NCBI GenBank assembly: GCA_963701375.1
Contig: CAVOZT010000003.1
Coordinates: 293,640 to 357,639, forward strand
Reading direction: 5' to 3'
DNA: 64,000 nt
From: an uncultured Acidimicrobiales bacterium
Lineage (GTDB): Bacteria; Actinomycetota; Acidimicrobiia; Acidimicrobiales; CAVXTF01
Made by a program: the position numbers and the translations under genes. A model generated the notes under the pieces. That model was not told where the DNA came from, did not search any database, and saw only the letters and a list, made by a program, of their open reading frames with translations. Positions within the stretch are counted from its first letter, which is position 1; every line of letters begins with the position of its first letter. This document shows, in pieces, positions 27,802-38,007 of the stretch.

Positions 27802-28010
27802 CGGATCTTCTCCTCTCCGTGCTGCTGAACCCGTGACCCCCGAGTAGTGCACCGGCTTATCAGCAAGTGGTTGTCCGAGTACCGGGGAGTGGCCTACTCG
27901 AAGCGAGGGCGGGGCGGGCGCTCCGTGCTATTCATTCGTTCACCCAGTCATTGTCACTGGGCGTTACCTAGCCCTGCTCAGTCAGTGGGAGACAAAAGTG
28001 GGCTATGGCC

Positions 28011-28086
28011 TGGAGCCTGGGAGGGGACTTGAACCCCTGACCTGCGCATTACGAGTGCGCTGCTCTACCGTCTGAGCTACCCAGGC
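28011..28086 (-). tRNA. tRNA-Thr (anticodon CGU), CCA encoded
   Basis: Folded by hand: acceptor GCCTGGG/CCCAGGC, D stem GCTC/GAGC, anticodon stem GCGCA/TGCGC with loop CTCGTAA, T arm AGGGG-TTCAAGT-CCCCT, discriminator T, CCA. 76 nt in total. Confidence 0.9.
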
Positions 28087-28119
28087 GTGGGTGGCAACGC
28101 TACCCGACCGGCTTCAGGA

Positions 28120-29220
28120 TCAGGCTTCCGACAGAGCCGACAGCCGCAGGAACAGCGCTTCGAGCATCAGCATCTCGTTCGGGTTGCGGACAAGTTCGAC
28201 CGCGGCGGTCCCAACCAAGTCACACGCCTCAGAGAGATCGTGAAATCTTCCCCCTGCATGTGCAGACGGATCATTCGCCTTGTCGACGGCACGATCCCTG
28301 TACGCACGGGCCAGCTCGGCGAGCCCCGCGCGCAGCTCGTCGGTTCGCAGACGGCGCTCTTCGCGCCGATGGCGCTCTTCGATCTCGCGGCGGCCCGGAA
28401 GAGCTTTCTCGCCGGCCGCCTTAGCTCTCGCCGTGAGCTCTTCGAGCTCAGAAAGATGCCGAGCTCTCAGTGGTTCGAGCCCTACCGAGGCTGCGTCGAG
28501 CAACTCCTCGGCGAGCCGGACCACCGTTGCTCCTGTCCCGTCCAGACGCAACGGCACTCGCCGCCAGAGCTCACGCCGCTGCTCCACCGTGGGGTCGTCC
28601 ACGAGCATGCGCGCCCTGTCGGGGCTGCCACCCGAAGCGTGCGCGGCCCTGACAGAGACGTCCTCCTCTGTGCCCGACGCCTCGAGCCATGCCGCGAGCA
28701 GCGCTTCGGATACCGGAGACAGATTCAGTTGCACACAACGGCTCGCAACCGTGACGAGCTCTGGGGTCACGGACTCGGCGAGCAGAACGAGGACGGTTGA
28801 CTCAGGGGGCTCCTCGAGGGTCTTCAAGAGCACGGGCGCAGCCAGTCGCGCGAGATGGAGATCGGGAACGACGATTACCTGGCGCGCAGCTTCGAGTGGT
28901 CGCCTGTACGCCAATCTCACGACCCGACGCGCCTCGACGACTGACAGCTGGGCCCCGGCGCGTTCGATCTCGACCAGGTCAGGATGAACGCCCGAGAGCG
29001 CCCTCCGGCAAGTTTCGCAAACGCCGCATCCGCCCGTCGGGCACAACAGAGCGGCGGCGAACCCCCGGACAAGATCGCGCTGCTGCAAACCGGAAGGGCC
29101 CACGAGGAGATACGCATGAACCGGGCTTGCGGCCGCGGCAAGCAACTGATTGATCGTTGCCTCCTGGCCGGCAACTCCGTCAAACAGCGAGGGGTCGGGT
29201 CTCAACTCGGCTCGCGTCAT
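28120..29220 (-). CDS. holB: DNA polymerase III subunit delta'
   Basis: HAYLLVGPSGLQQRDLVRGFAAALLCPTGGCGVCETCRRALSGVHPDLVEI. It is in the synteny block holB-tmk-topA. Confidence 0.85.
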   Translation of the reverse strand: MTRAELRPDPSLFDGVAGQEATINQLLAAAASPVHAYLLVGPSGLQQRDLVRGFAAALLCPTGGCGVCETCRRALSGVHPDLVEIERAGAQLSVVEARRVVRLAYRRPLEAARQVIVVPDLHLARLAAPVLLKTLEEPPESTVLVLLAESVTPELVTVASRCVQLNLSPVSEALLAAWLEASGTEEDVSVRAAHASGGSPDRARMLVDDPTVEQRRELWRRVPLRLDGTGATVVRLAEELLDAASVGLEPLRARHLSELEELTARAKAAGEKALPGRREIEERHRREERRLRTDELRAGLAELARAYRDRAVDKANDPSAHAGGRFHDLSEACDLVGTAAVELVRNPNEMLMLEALFLRLSALSEA

Positions 29221-29864
29221 GTCCGCATTCCTTCTGAAGGGCGGCCGAGTCTGACCGTCACCGCTTCGAATATACGGGCCCCGACCACGTCAACTCGACT
29301 GGCGCCATCGACCACCGCCCAGTGTTCGGGGTCGGCTCTGGCAAGTGACAGATAGCCGCGGCGGACCGACTCGAAGAAGTGATCCCCCAGATGCTCGAGG
29401 CGATCTGGCCTGCCCGGTTTTCGCCGGCCGCGTGCAACGTCTACGGGCACGTCGATCAGGACCTGAAGATCCGGCTCGACTCCGCTGGCAGCGAAGTCCG
29501 CAACCGACTGAAGTTCCGCGAGATCCAGTCCGCGTCCGTAGCCCTGGTAGGCGACCGTCGACGCTGTGAAGCGGTCGCTCACCACCCATCTGCCATCAGC
29601 GAGCGCCGGTTCCACGACTAGCGACACGTGTTCGGCTCTGTCAGCAGCCATCAGGAGTGCCTCTGCGCGCAACGACACAGAGCCCTTCGACGGATCGAGT
29701 AACAGGGCGCGTAGATCTGCCCCCAGAGTGGTTGCTCCAGGCTCGGCGGTAAGCACGGCGCCGAGCGACTGCGCGAGCTTCTCTGCCTGAGTCGACTTGC
29801 CGCACCCGTCAATCCCTTCGAGCACGACGAGCCGGCCTCGACCGAGGTCGGCTGCACTCACCAC
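29217..29864 (-). CDS. tmk: dTMP kinase
   Basis: P-loop LEGIDGCGKSTQ and TAEPGATTLG. Confidence 0.93.
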   Translation of the reverse strand: MVSAADLGRGRLVVLEGIDGCGKSTQAEKLAQSLGAVLTAEPGATTLGADLRALLLDPSKGSVSLRAEALLMAADRAEHVSLVVEPALADGRWVVSDRFTASTVAYQGYGRGLDLAELQSVADFAASGVEPDLQVLIDVPVDVARGRRKPGRPDRLEHLGDHFFESVRRGYLSLARADPEHWAVVDGASRVDVVGARIFEAVTVRLGRPSEGMRT

Positions 29865-29873
29865 AGTGCGACG

Positions 29874-32765
29874 TTACGCCTTCGTTGTCTCGGCGGACTT
29901 TGTTGCCGCGGTGGTCTTCTTGGTCGACTTGGTGGCCTTGGCAGCCTTAGTCGCTTTGGCGCCCTTGGCCGCTTTTGTCGCCTTGCCCGTCTTCTTCGCA
30001 GCCTTGGCGGACTTCGAAGCCTTCTTTGCGCCACGGGCCCTCTTCGCCGGTGGTCCGGCGGCCCTTCGGTCTGCAAGCAACTCCGAAGCGCGCTCGATCG
30101 AGATGCTGTCGATGTCGTCACCTCGGCGGAGCGACGCGTTGGTCGTCCCGTCGGTCACGTAAGGCCCGAACCGCCCGTTGCGCAACGTGACAGTCAGGTC
30201 GCTCACGGGGTCGGTTCCGAGCTCTTTGAGAGGCGCGGCGGCCGTCCTTCCCCTTGCGGCCTTGGGCTGTGCGAACAGAGCCAATGCTTGGTCGAGAGTG
30301 ATCGAGAAGAGCTGATCCTCGGACTCGAGGCTGCGAGTGTCGGTACCCCGTTTCAGGTAAGGCCCGAATTTCCCGTTGAGCGCTTCGATCTCCTGACCGG
30401 AGGAGGGATCCGAACCGACTTTCCGTGGGAGCGACAACAGCCGAAGAGCTTCTTCGAGCGTCACCGTCGCCGGAGACATCGTCGAGAGAAGCGAAGCGGT
30501 CAACGGGCGTTCTCCGTCTTTGGTCTCACCGAGCTGGACGTAGGGCCCGTAGCGCCCGGCGCGAACCATCACGGGCAGTGACGTGGCCGGGTCTTCCCCG
30601 ACAACCCGGTCGCCCGAGGGAGCCGCCAGCAACTCCTCCGCACGTTCGATCGTCAACTCGTCGGGAGCAAGGTCTTCGGGAATCGAAGCACGGTCTTCTC
30701 CGTGCTGTAGGTAAGGGCCGTAGCGCCCCACGCGAACGACTATCTCCTCGCCGTCTGCCGCGCTCCCGATCGGAATCGAGTTGATCTGGCGAGCGTCGAT
30801 CTCGCCGAGGTGGGTCGCGACATCCTCTTTCAGTCCACGCGTCCGCGTACTGCTGCCGTTCCCGCCAACCCGACCTCCCGCACCGTCAGTTTGAGGAGAC
30901 CCGAAGTAAAAGCGCGTGAGCCATGGAAGCGCGTGTTCGCTTCCGTCAGCTATGCGGTCTAGGTCGTCCTCCATCGCGGCGGTGAAGCCGTAGTCGACCA
31001 GATCCCCGAAGTGGCGTTCCAACAGGCCGACGACAGCAAAGGCGGTAAAGGAAGGGACGAGAGCTGTCCCTTTCTTCCAGACGTATCCGCGGTCTTGGAT
31101 GGTCCCGATGATGCTCGCGTACGTCAACGGGCGACCCACACCCTGCTCTTCTAGAGCTTTCACGAGGGAGGCCTCTGTGTAACGCGCCGGCGCCTGCGTC
31201 GTGTGACCGCGTGGGTCCATGGCAGTGCCCGAAAGTGCGTCACCTTCAGCCATCGCGGGCAACTGCGTGTCGCGATCGGCCAATTCGGCATCGGGATCGT
31301 CCGAACCCTCCACATACGCCCGCAGGAAGCCGGGAAACGTCACCACTGTCCCCGAGACTCCGAACTCCGCAATCTCCGCCTGGCCGGTCGCGTTCGGAGA
31401 GGCCGTGCCCTCGATGCGGACCTGTGCGGTGGTGCCCCTGGCGTCAGACATCTGCGACGCAACCGTGCGTTTCCAGATGAGGTCGTAGAGGCGAAGCTCG
31501 TCGCCCGTCAGCCCTGAACCCGCTTGCTCCGGGGTTCTGAACGTGTCTCCAGAAGGGCGAATGGCTTCGTGAGCCTCTTCCGCGTTCTTGACTTTTCGCT
31601 CGTAGCGGCGTGGCCGATCCGGCACGTAGTCGGCGCCGTAGAGGCGAACGGCTTGGTCGCGGGCCGCGCTGAGCGCCTCGTCCGACAGCGTCGTCGAGTC
31701 GGTCCTCATGTAGGTGATCCAACCCTGCTCGTAGAGCCGCTGGGCAACCTGCATGGTCCTCTGGGCACCGAAGCGCAACTTTCGGCCCGCCTCCTGCTGG
31801 AGCGTGGAGGTGATGAAGGGGGCGGCGGGAGATCGCCTGAACGGACGCTCGTTCACGGACTTCACTTCGAATGGTCGGTCTGTCAGCCGGACCGCCAAGT
31901 CTTCTGCCTCGGCCTCGCCCAATCGACGCGCCTCGCTGTCCGCCTTGAGGTCACCTGTCTCGGTGAAGTCGCGGCCGGCTGCAAGAGCGACGCCGTCAAG
32001 AGCGACGAGCGTTGCCTTGAAGATCCTCGACTCGGCAGTCGCAGCACCACCAGGTTCGAGAGATTCGGTGCTAGCGCCCAAACCAGGTGGTGCGAATGTG
32101 CCTTCGACGTCCCACCAGCCAGCGGCCCGGAAGCGCATGCGGGCGCGTTCGCGTTCCACGATCATGCGGGTCGCGACGCTCTGGACACGCCCCGCCGACA
32201 ACCGGGGCATGACCTTCTTCCAAAGGACCGGTGAGACCTCGTAGCCGTATAGGCGGTCGAGAATCCGGCGTGCCTCCTGGGCGTCGACCATCCGGCGGTC
32301 GAGGTCCCGCCAGTTCTCGACCGCGAGTTGGATGGCCGGCCTCGTTATCTCATGGAAGACCATCCGCTTCACGGGGACGTCCGGTGAGAGCACCTCGATC
32401 AGGTGCCAGGCGATGGACTCCCCCTCGCGGTCCTCGTCGGTGGCTACATAGACCTCGCTCGCCTTGCGGACCGCCTGCTTCAGGCGGGTGACGACGGACT
32501 GCTTCTCGGGCGAGATCACATAAAGGGGCTTGAACCCGTTGTCTACGTCGACACCGAGACGTGCCCAGCCCTCACCCCTGTACGCGGCCGGCACCTCTCC
32601 TGCGCTCCTCGGAAGGTCGCGGATGTGCCCGACCGACGACTCGACCACGAAATCCGGCCCGAGCATGGCCGAAATGGTCCGGGCCTTGGCTGGAGACTCC
32701 ACGATAACCAGGGGTTTCGCGGAGCTGGGGCGCCCGTTGGCGCGACTGTTCTGAGGGTTGGGCAT
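29874..32765 (-). CDS. topA: DNA topoisomerase I (actinobacterial type: four GxxGPY C-terminal repeats plus a Lys/Ala-rich tail)
   Basis: 963 aa. TOPRIM domain LVIVESPAKA ... ATDEDREGE. Repeats GRYGPYLQ, GRYGPYVQ, GKFGPYLK and GRFGPYVT are present. The tail reads KRARGAKKASKSAKAAKKTGKATKAAKGAKATKAAKATKSTKK. Confidence 0.97.
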   Translation of the reverse strand: MPNPQNSRANGRPSSAKPLVIVESPAKARTISAMLGPDFVVESSVGHIRDLPRSAGEVPAAYRGEGWARLGVDVDNGFKPLYVISPEKQSVVTRLKQAVRKASEVYVATDEDREGESIAWHLIEVLSPDVPVKRMVFHEITRPAIQLAVENWRDLDRRMVDAQEARRILDRLYGYEVSPVLWKKVMPRLSAGRVQSVATRMIVERERARMRFRAAGWWDVEGTFAPPGLGASTESLEPGGAATAESRIFKATLVALDGVALAAGRDFTETGDLKADSEARRLGEAEAEDLAVRLTDRPFEVKSVNERPFRRSPAAPFITSTLQQEAGRKLRFGAQRTMQVAQRLYEQGWITYMRTDSTTLSDEALSAARDQAVRLYGADYVPDRPRRYERKVKNAEEAHEAIRPSGDTFRTPEQAGSGLTGDELRLYDLIWKRTVASQMSDARGTTAQVRIEGTASPNATGQAEIAEFGVSGTVVTFPGFLRAYVEGSDDPDAELADRDTQLPAMAEGDALSGTAMDPRGHTTQAPARYTEASLVKALEEQGVGRPLTYASIIGTIQDRGYVWKKGTALVPSFTAFAVVGLLERHFGDLVDYGFTAAMEDDLDRIADGSEHALPWLTRFYFGSPQTDGAGGRVGGNGSSTRTRGLKEDVATHLGEIDARQINSIPIGSAADGEEIVVRVGRYGPYLQHGEDRASIPEDLAPDELTIERAEELLAAPSGDRVVGEDPATSLPVMVRAGRYGPYVQLGETKDGERPLTASLLSTMSPATVTLEEALRLLSLPRKVGSDPSSGQEIEALNGKFGPYLKRGTDTRSLESEDQLFSITLDQALALFAQPKAARGRTAAAPLKELGTDPVSDLTVTLRNGRFGPYVTDGTTNASLRRGDDIDSISIERASELLADRRAAGPPAKRARGAKKASKSAKAAKKTGKATKAAKGAKATKAAKATKSTKKTTAATKSAETTKA

Positions 32766-32887
32766 AGGTCAGGTCGAATAAGTCAGAAGAGGTTGGCTGG
32801 GGCAAGCGTGAGCGCTCCGGCGCAACTTGTCAATCCGGCGCCCCCCACGGCTGGCGCCCCAGGAGCGTAATACCGGTCTTGTTTGTT

Positions 32888-35236
32888 TCAGCCTTCCACA
32901 GCCCCGACAGCCGGCGTGGAATCCAAGGCCGGCTCCCCGAAACCGGCCTGCGCCCGCTTGGAGAAGGCGATCGACCCGGCCAGGATCACAAGGGCGCCGG
33001 CCGCGATCCCGTAGCGGGCGGCGTCGTGGTGCCGAAGCGTTATCACGGCCGGCAGGATAAGGAGCGAAACGAGGTTCATCACCTTGATAAGGGGATTGAG
33101 CGCGGGTCCCGCCGTGTCCTTGAACGGGTCGCCCACAGTGTCACCGATGACCGCTGCTTTGTGAGCGTCTGATCCCTTGCCGCCTTCGTGGCCGTCCTCT
33201 ATATATTTCTTCGCGTTGTCCCACGCCCCGCCGGAGTTGGACAAGAAGTTGGCCATGAGCTGGCCGGTCAAGATGGCGGCAGCGAGGAATGCACCCAGAG
33301 CGGCGTAGTTGATCCCGAAGCCGACGATCACCGGGGTGAGGACGGCGAGCAGGGCCGGGGTCACCAGCTCGCGCTGGGCGGCGGCGGTGCAGATCGAGAT
33401 GACCCTGCCGTATTCCGGCTTCTCCGTGTAATTCATGATTCCCGGGTGCTCGCGGAATTGCCTTCGCACCTCCTGGACGACCGTCCCTGCGGACCGTCCC
33501 ACCGCCCTGATCGCGAGCGAAGAGAACAAGAAAGCCACCGAGCCGCCGATCAGAAGTCCGATGAAGATCGTCGGGTTGGCCACGTTGATCTGGGTGTGCG
33601 TGTCGGTGAACAGGGCAGACCCCGTCAGGTGCAGCCCGAGCTGCGAGGCGATCGTCTCGACGAATGAGCCGAACAACGAAACCGAGGCGATTACGGCAGA
33701 GCCGATCGCCACGCCCTTCGTGATCGCCTTGGTGGTGTTGCCGACGGCGTCGAGACTCACCATGATGCGCTCGGCTTCGCCCGTGAACTCCCCCGACATC
33801 TCGGCGATTCCCGCCGCGTTGTCAGACACCGGCCCGAAGCTGTCCTCGGACACGACCATCCCGGCGGTTGACAAAAGCCCGATCCCTGTAAGAGACACGA
33901 GGTAGAGCGTCAACTCGATGTTCGGTTGCCCTGCCGAGTTCCGACCCGCGAGCATGACGGAAACGCCGACCGCAACTGCGATGGCGAGGATCGCCCATAC
34001 CGTGGACTCGAGCCCTACGGATATGCCGGCGAGCGTCGTGGTGGCAGGGCCTGTCCTTGCTGATTCGGCGATCTCGCGTACTGGTCTTCGCTCGGTAGAC
34101 GTGAAGTGCTCCGTGATCTGACTCGCGACGAGCGACAACAGGACGCCGGTCAAAACGGCGTAGAAGGCCTTCATGTAGTGGAGGTAGAAGCCGGCCACCA
34201 GGGCCGCCCCCAAGGTGGTGAGCACCGCAGCCGTCCAAAAGCCCCGGTTTATCGGTGCCATGGCGCTCTTGTCCTTGTCCCGGCCGCGCACGACCATCAC
34301 CCCGATCGCCGATGCCACGATCCCGATCGCGGGGACGATGAGCGGGAACACGACTGCCCGTGCCGAGTGAGCTCCGAGTGAACCTCCGAGTGAGGTGAAA
34401 GCTGCGTAGCCGAGGATGATGGCCGCCACGATCGTGATGACGTACGACTCGAAGAGGTCTGCGGCCATTCCCGCGCAGTCCCCGACGTTGTCCCCGACGT
34501 TGTCGGCGATGGTCGCGGCGTTGCGCGGATCATCTTCTGGGATCCCGGCTTCCACCTTGCCGACGAGGTCCGCCCCCACGTCGGCGGCCTTGGTGAAGAT
34601 CCCTCCTCCGACCCTCATGAACAGTGCGATCAACGACGCTCCGAATCCGAAACCGACGAGTACGGCGGTGGCGGTGTTCTGGAAGGTGAACACGATCACC
34701 GTCGCGCCGAGGAGACCCAGGCCGACGCACAACATGCCGGTGACAGACCCGGTACGGAAGGCGACCTTGAGAGCCTGCGACATCCCGCCACCCCGTGCAG
34801 CCGCAGCCGCAGTCCGCACGTTTCCGCGGACGGCGATGCTCATGCCGATGAAGCCGGTCAGCCCCGACAGGCTTGCGCCCAGGAGGAAGCACAGGACTCT
34901 GAAGCCTCCGGCCGCTCCGAACGAAAGGGCGATCGTGCCATTCGGACGTATGACCCTCGTCGCGGTGAAGAAGATGAGCACGGCAAGAGGAATGACGACC
35001 ATCAGGATCGCCCGGAACTGCCTGCGCAGGAATGCCTGAGCACCCTCTTGGATTGCCTTGGCTATGTCGCGCATGCTCTGGCTGCCCTGGTCCGCACGCA
35101 GCACTCCGCGCATGAGCACCAGGCCGACGGTGATCCCGAACAGCGAGGCGACGAGAGCCAGCACCAACCACGTCTTCTCGGTGCCGGTCAGGACGAAGCC
35201 CTGGTAGCCCCCTTCGGCAGCGAGGAGGTGGGTCAT
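32888..35236 (-). CDS. hppA: membrane-bound H+/Na+-translocating pyrophosphatase
   Basis: Start chosen at MTHLLAAEGG. Contains GDNVGDCAGMAADLFESY and GDTVGDPFKDTAGPALNPLIKVMN. Confidence 0.95.
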   Translation of the reverse strand: MTHLLAAEGGYQGFVLTGTEKTWLVLALVASLFGITVGLVLMRGVLRADQGSQSMRDIAKAIQEGAQAFLRRQFRAILMVVIPLAVLIFFTATRVIRPNGTIALSFGAAGGFRVLCFLLGASLSGLTGFIGMSIAVRGNVRTAAAAARGGGMSQALKVAFRTGSVTGMLCVGLGLLGATVIVFTFQNTATAVLVGFGFGASLIALFMRVGGGIFTKAADVGADLVGKVEAGIPEDDPRNAATIADNVGDNVGDCAGMAADLFESYVITIVAAIILGYAAFTSLGGSLGAHSARAVVFPLIVPAIGIVASAIGVMVVRGRDKDKSAMAPINRGFWTAAVLTTLGAALVAGFYLHYMKAFYAVLTGVLLSLVASQITEHFTSTERRPVREIAESARTGPATTTLAGISVGLESTVWAILAIAVAVGVSVMLAGRNSAGQPNIELTLYLVSLTGIGLLSTAGMVVSEDSFGPVSDNAAGIAEMSGEFTGEAERIMVSLDAVGNTTKAITKGVAIGSAVIASVSLFGSFVETIASQLGLHLTGSALFTDTHTQINVANPTIFIGLLIGGSVAFLFSSLAIRAVGRSAGTVVQEVRRQFREHPGIMNYTEKPEYGRVISICTAAAQRELVTPALLAVLTPVIVGFGINYAALGAFLAAAILTGQLMANFLSNSGGAWDNAKKYIEDGHEGGKGSDAHKAAVIGDTVGDPFKDTAGPALNPLIKVMNLVSLLILPAVITLRHHDAARYGIAAGALVILAGSIAFSKRAQAGFGEPALDSTPAVGAVEG

Positions 35237-35434
35237 GGTCCTGAGACTCCCTTCGGTCGGGCCGGGAGCACCCGGTCCCACGTCTTGTGCGTATGAAGGC
35301 GTGGCAACTACGAAGCACGAGCAAAGAAGCACGCGCCGCCGGGCCCACGCCTCCGGCGATCGGCGGACGACGTTACAGACTGAGCGGTCTATACGGCAAG
35401 GAAGGCCGAGTGGTCGTTCCTAGGACCCGACCAA

Positions 35435-37903
35435 TTAGGGCTTCGAAGTGGTGCTGCTCACGACGCCTTCTGCTCCTGCCAACAACTCATAGTCGGGGTT
35501 CAACATTGCCGGGCGACCCATCCAGGCCCCGACCATCCCCTCGGCGACCAGGTAAGCACCCTGGCGAAGGCCGGGAACCTGCCTTCGCCCTTGGAACACG
35601 AGCAGGATGGACCCCGTCCCGTCCGCGAGCGTGCACTCCAGGTTGGCGGTGTCCGTGCGCGTGGGCACCCGCACTGAGTGGACCCTGCCACCCACCCTCA
35701 CGCGCTGCCGCCAATAGACATCGCCGATCGGCGTGGTGCCGGCCACCTTGGGTAAGCCGCCTGCATCGGACCCGAGGCGGGCCCTTGCCTTGGCACGGCG
35801 GCGCGAATCTTCTTTCCGTTCGACCTGGTCGCCCGCCCGCATGATGCGGCTCAGACCGCGCATCCTTCCCGCCCAAGTGAACGGTCCGAGGCTCTCGGAC
35901 AACTGGTACGGGACGATGGTCGCGTTCACGTGGCCGAGGATGCCCACCGCCGCGGCGATACGGTCGGCGGTTCGGTCGTGCAACAAACGTCGCCACCCCC
36001 CGGTGAACCCTCTTCTCGGCAGAAGGATCGTCACTTCGGTCTGGCCGTCCGCAGCCGCCTCGGCCGCCAGCTCCAGTGAAGCGCGGGCCAATCGGCGGTC
36101 AGGGCATTCGATTATGTCGAGAGGCAGGCGCGAAAGCCCGAGCCGCCGCCACTCTTGCTCCAAGAGGGCGGGCTCCTTCGGGTCGATGGCGAAATGGACG
36201 ATTCGAAGCGAGTCGGGCGTGAGTGTCCTCGCGTACTGGATGGCACGAGCCGTCGCGAGATCGAGCCGGTCGATGAGGACTATGACGGAGTGACGTCTCA
36301 ACACCGGCGCTTCGCACGCGTCGAGGGCTCCTTCCTCGAGCTCGGTCTGCTCCGTCGTGTACTGCCGATGAAGCAACAGAAGTGCCCCGACCCCGAGCGG
36401 CAAAAGGATCACCACGATCCAAGCACCTTCGCTGAACTTCGAGACGGCGATTATGACGTCGACAATTCCCGACAGCACACCCGCGGTCCCGTTGATCACG
36501 AACCGTCGTTTCCACCCGCTCTCTTTGTTCCTGAGGTGGTATTTGGCCATACCGAGCCCCGCCATCGTGAACCCGGTGAAGACGCCGATGGCGTACAGCG
36601 GGATCAATTTGTCGATCTGCGCTCGTGTGACGATGAGCAGCACAACGGAGGCGGCCGTCAGCACGATGATCCCCGTAGAGAACACCAGCCGGTGCCCCCG
36701 CTTCATCAGCTGGCGCGGCAAATACGAGTCCTCGGCGGCGAAACTCGCCAGATAAGGAAAGCCGGTGAAGCTCGTGTTCGCGGCGAGCACCAGGATCAGC
36801 ATGGTGGCGCCTTGAAGCATCAGGTACAGGACGTGCCCGAGCCCGTCCATGCCGTAGACGTATTTGGCGATCTGTGACACGACGGTCGGGGTGCCGCTCA
36901 GATAGGGCACCGGGTGTACCACCGCCGAGAGGGCACCGATGCCAAGTACCAGCGATCCCAAGATGGCACTCATCCAGAGCATCGTGATGCGGGCGTTTCG
37001 CGCCTCGGGCTGCCTGAAGATGCTCACCCCGTTGGATATCGCCTCGGTTCCCGTGAGCGCCGACCCGCCGGAGGCGAACGCTCGCATGACGACGAATAAA
37101 GAGGCACCGAGGAGGAGCCCGCTTCCCGGCCGGCCGATCGCCACCGCCCCTGGATGACCCACGATCGTGTGAGCGTGCAGCGTCCCGCCGATCGCTTTCG
37201 CCGCACCGAAAGCGATGAGGATCACCATGTTCGCGACAAAGAAATAAGTCGGAAGGGCGAAGACGCGTCCGGCTTCGCGGACTCCGCGGAGGTTGACGTA
37301 AGCGATCAGGACAACCAGGCCCGCCGAGATCCAGACGGTGCCGTTGTCGGAGGTGAGCACGGGAAAGACCGAAGTGAGAGCGGCCACTCCGGCCGCTACC
37401 GACACCGCGACCGTGAGGGTGTAGTCGATCAGGAGCGACATGACAGCGACTTGTGCGACCTTCGGGCCGAAGTTCTCCCTCGAGACGACGTAGGCGCCTC
37501 CCGCCTTCGTATAGACCTTCACGACCTCGAGATAGGACAGAGTCACGAAGATCAGGACCGCGATGACCGCAAGGGTGATCGGCATCACGAGCGAGAAGGC
37601 AGCGATCCCGACAGCCCTCACGAGAACGAAGAGGATCTGCTCGGTGGCGTAGGCCGATGACGAGATGACGTCTGACGAGAGAACCGCCAGTGCTGTCGGA
37701 CGCCCGAGGCGCTCTGTGGACTGGCGCTCGGTTGCGATGGGTGGGCCGAGGATGCGGTTCTTCAGCCGGTAGCCGAGGGTCTCCGGAAGGCGGTCCGCAA
37801 CCTGGGCAGGAATGACCTCCGGTGCCAGACGCGACCGTGATACCCCGTTACCGGGGTCAAGGGCCGGCGGCTCGGCGACGGATATCTGCTCGTCCTGCAC
37901 CAA
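35435..37903 (-). CDS. APC-family permease with cytosolic C-terminal domain, fused in frame to an OB-fold domain
   Basis: 822 aa. The N-terminal ~450 aa are polytopic (PTALAVLSSDVISSSAYATEQIL). The last ~140 aa (VYWRQRVRVGGRVHSVRVP ... CTLADGTGSILLVFQGRRQVPGLRQGAYLVAEGMVG ... MLNPDYELL) resemble the stand-alone actinobacterial OB-fold protein. Confidence 0.8.
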   Translation of the reverse strand: MVQDEQISVAEPPALDPGNGVSRSRLAPEVIPAQVADRLPETLGYRLKNRILGPPIATERQSTERLGRPTALAVLSSDVISSSAYATEQILFVLVRAVGIAAFSLVMPITLAVIAVLIFVTLSYLEVVKVYTKAGGAYVVSRENFGPKVAQVAVMSLLIDYTLTVAVSVAAGVAALTSVFPVLTSDNGTVWISAGLVVLIAYVNLRGVREAGRVFALPTYFFVANMVILIAFGAAKAIGGTLHAHTIVGHPGAVAIGRPGSGLLLGASLFVVMRAFASGGSALTGTEAISNGVSIFRQPEARNARITMLWMSAILGSLVLGIGALSAVVHPVPYLSGTPTVVSQIAKYVYGMDGLGHVLYLMLQGATMLILVLAANTSFTGFPYLASFAAEDSYLPRQLMKRGHRLVFSTGIIVLTAASVVLLIVTRAQIDKLIPLYAIGVFTGFTMAGLGMAKYHLRNKESGWKRRFVINGTAGVLSGIVDVIIAVSKFSEGAWIVVILLPLGVGALLLLHRQYTTEQTELEEGALDACEAPVLRRHSVIVLIDRLDLATARAIQYARTLTPDSLRIVHFAIDPKEPALLEQEWRRLGLSRLPLDIIECPDRRLARASLELAAEAAADGQTEVTILLPRRGFTGGWRRLLHDRTADRIAAAVGILGHVNATIVPYQLSESLGPFTWAGRMRGLSRIMRAGDQVERKEDSRRRAKARARLGSDAGGLPKVAGTTPIGDVYWRQRVRVGGRVHSVRVPTRTDTANLECTLADGTGSILLVFQGRRQVPGLRQGAYLVAEGMVGAWMGRPAMLNPDYELLAGAEGVVSSTTSKP

Positions 37904-38007
37904 GTCAGGTTAAGCACTCCCGGACGCCTGGCAGGCAATGTGCCTATCTGGGCACGCTCCGGGGCGTGGGTTGCCCGTCCAGTTCGAGCAGTGTTGCATG
38001 GTGGCCG

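Noticed and set aside
15900-28010. Possible genomic island integrated at the 3' end of tRNA-Thr. The basis is lower-GC accessory genes to the left of the tRNA's 3' end.
   Set aside because: I found no integrase, recombinase or transposase, and saw no direct repeat of the tRNA 3' end by eye. The block also contains ordinary actinobacterial genes. A computed GC-skew/k-mer profile and a repeat search would be needed to revive this idea.
29874-30060. Repetitive gcc/ctt/ggc-rich DNA at the 3' end of topA. It could be mistaken for a tandem repeat element.
   Set aside because: It encodes the Lys/Ala-rich basic tail (KAAKKTGKATKAAKGAKATKAAKATK), which is a known feature of actinobacterial topoisomerase I C-termini.
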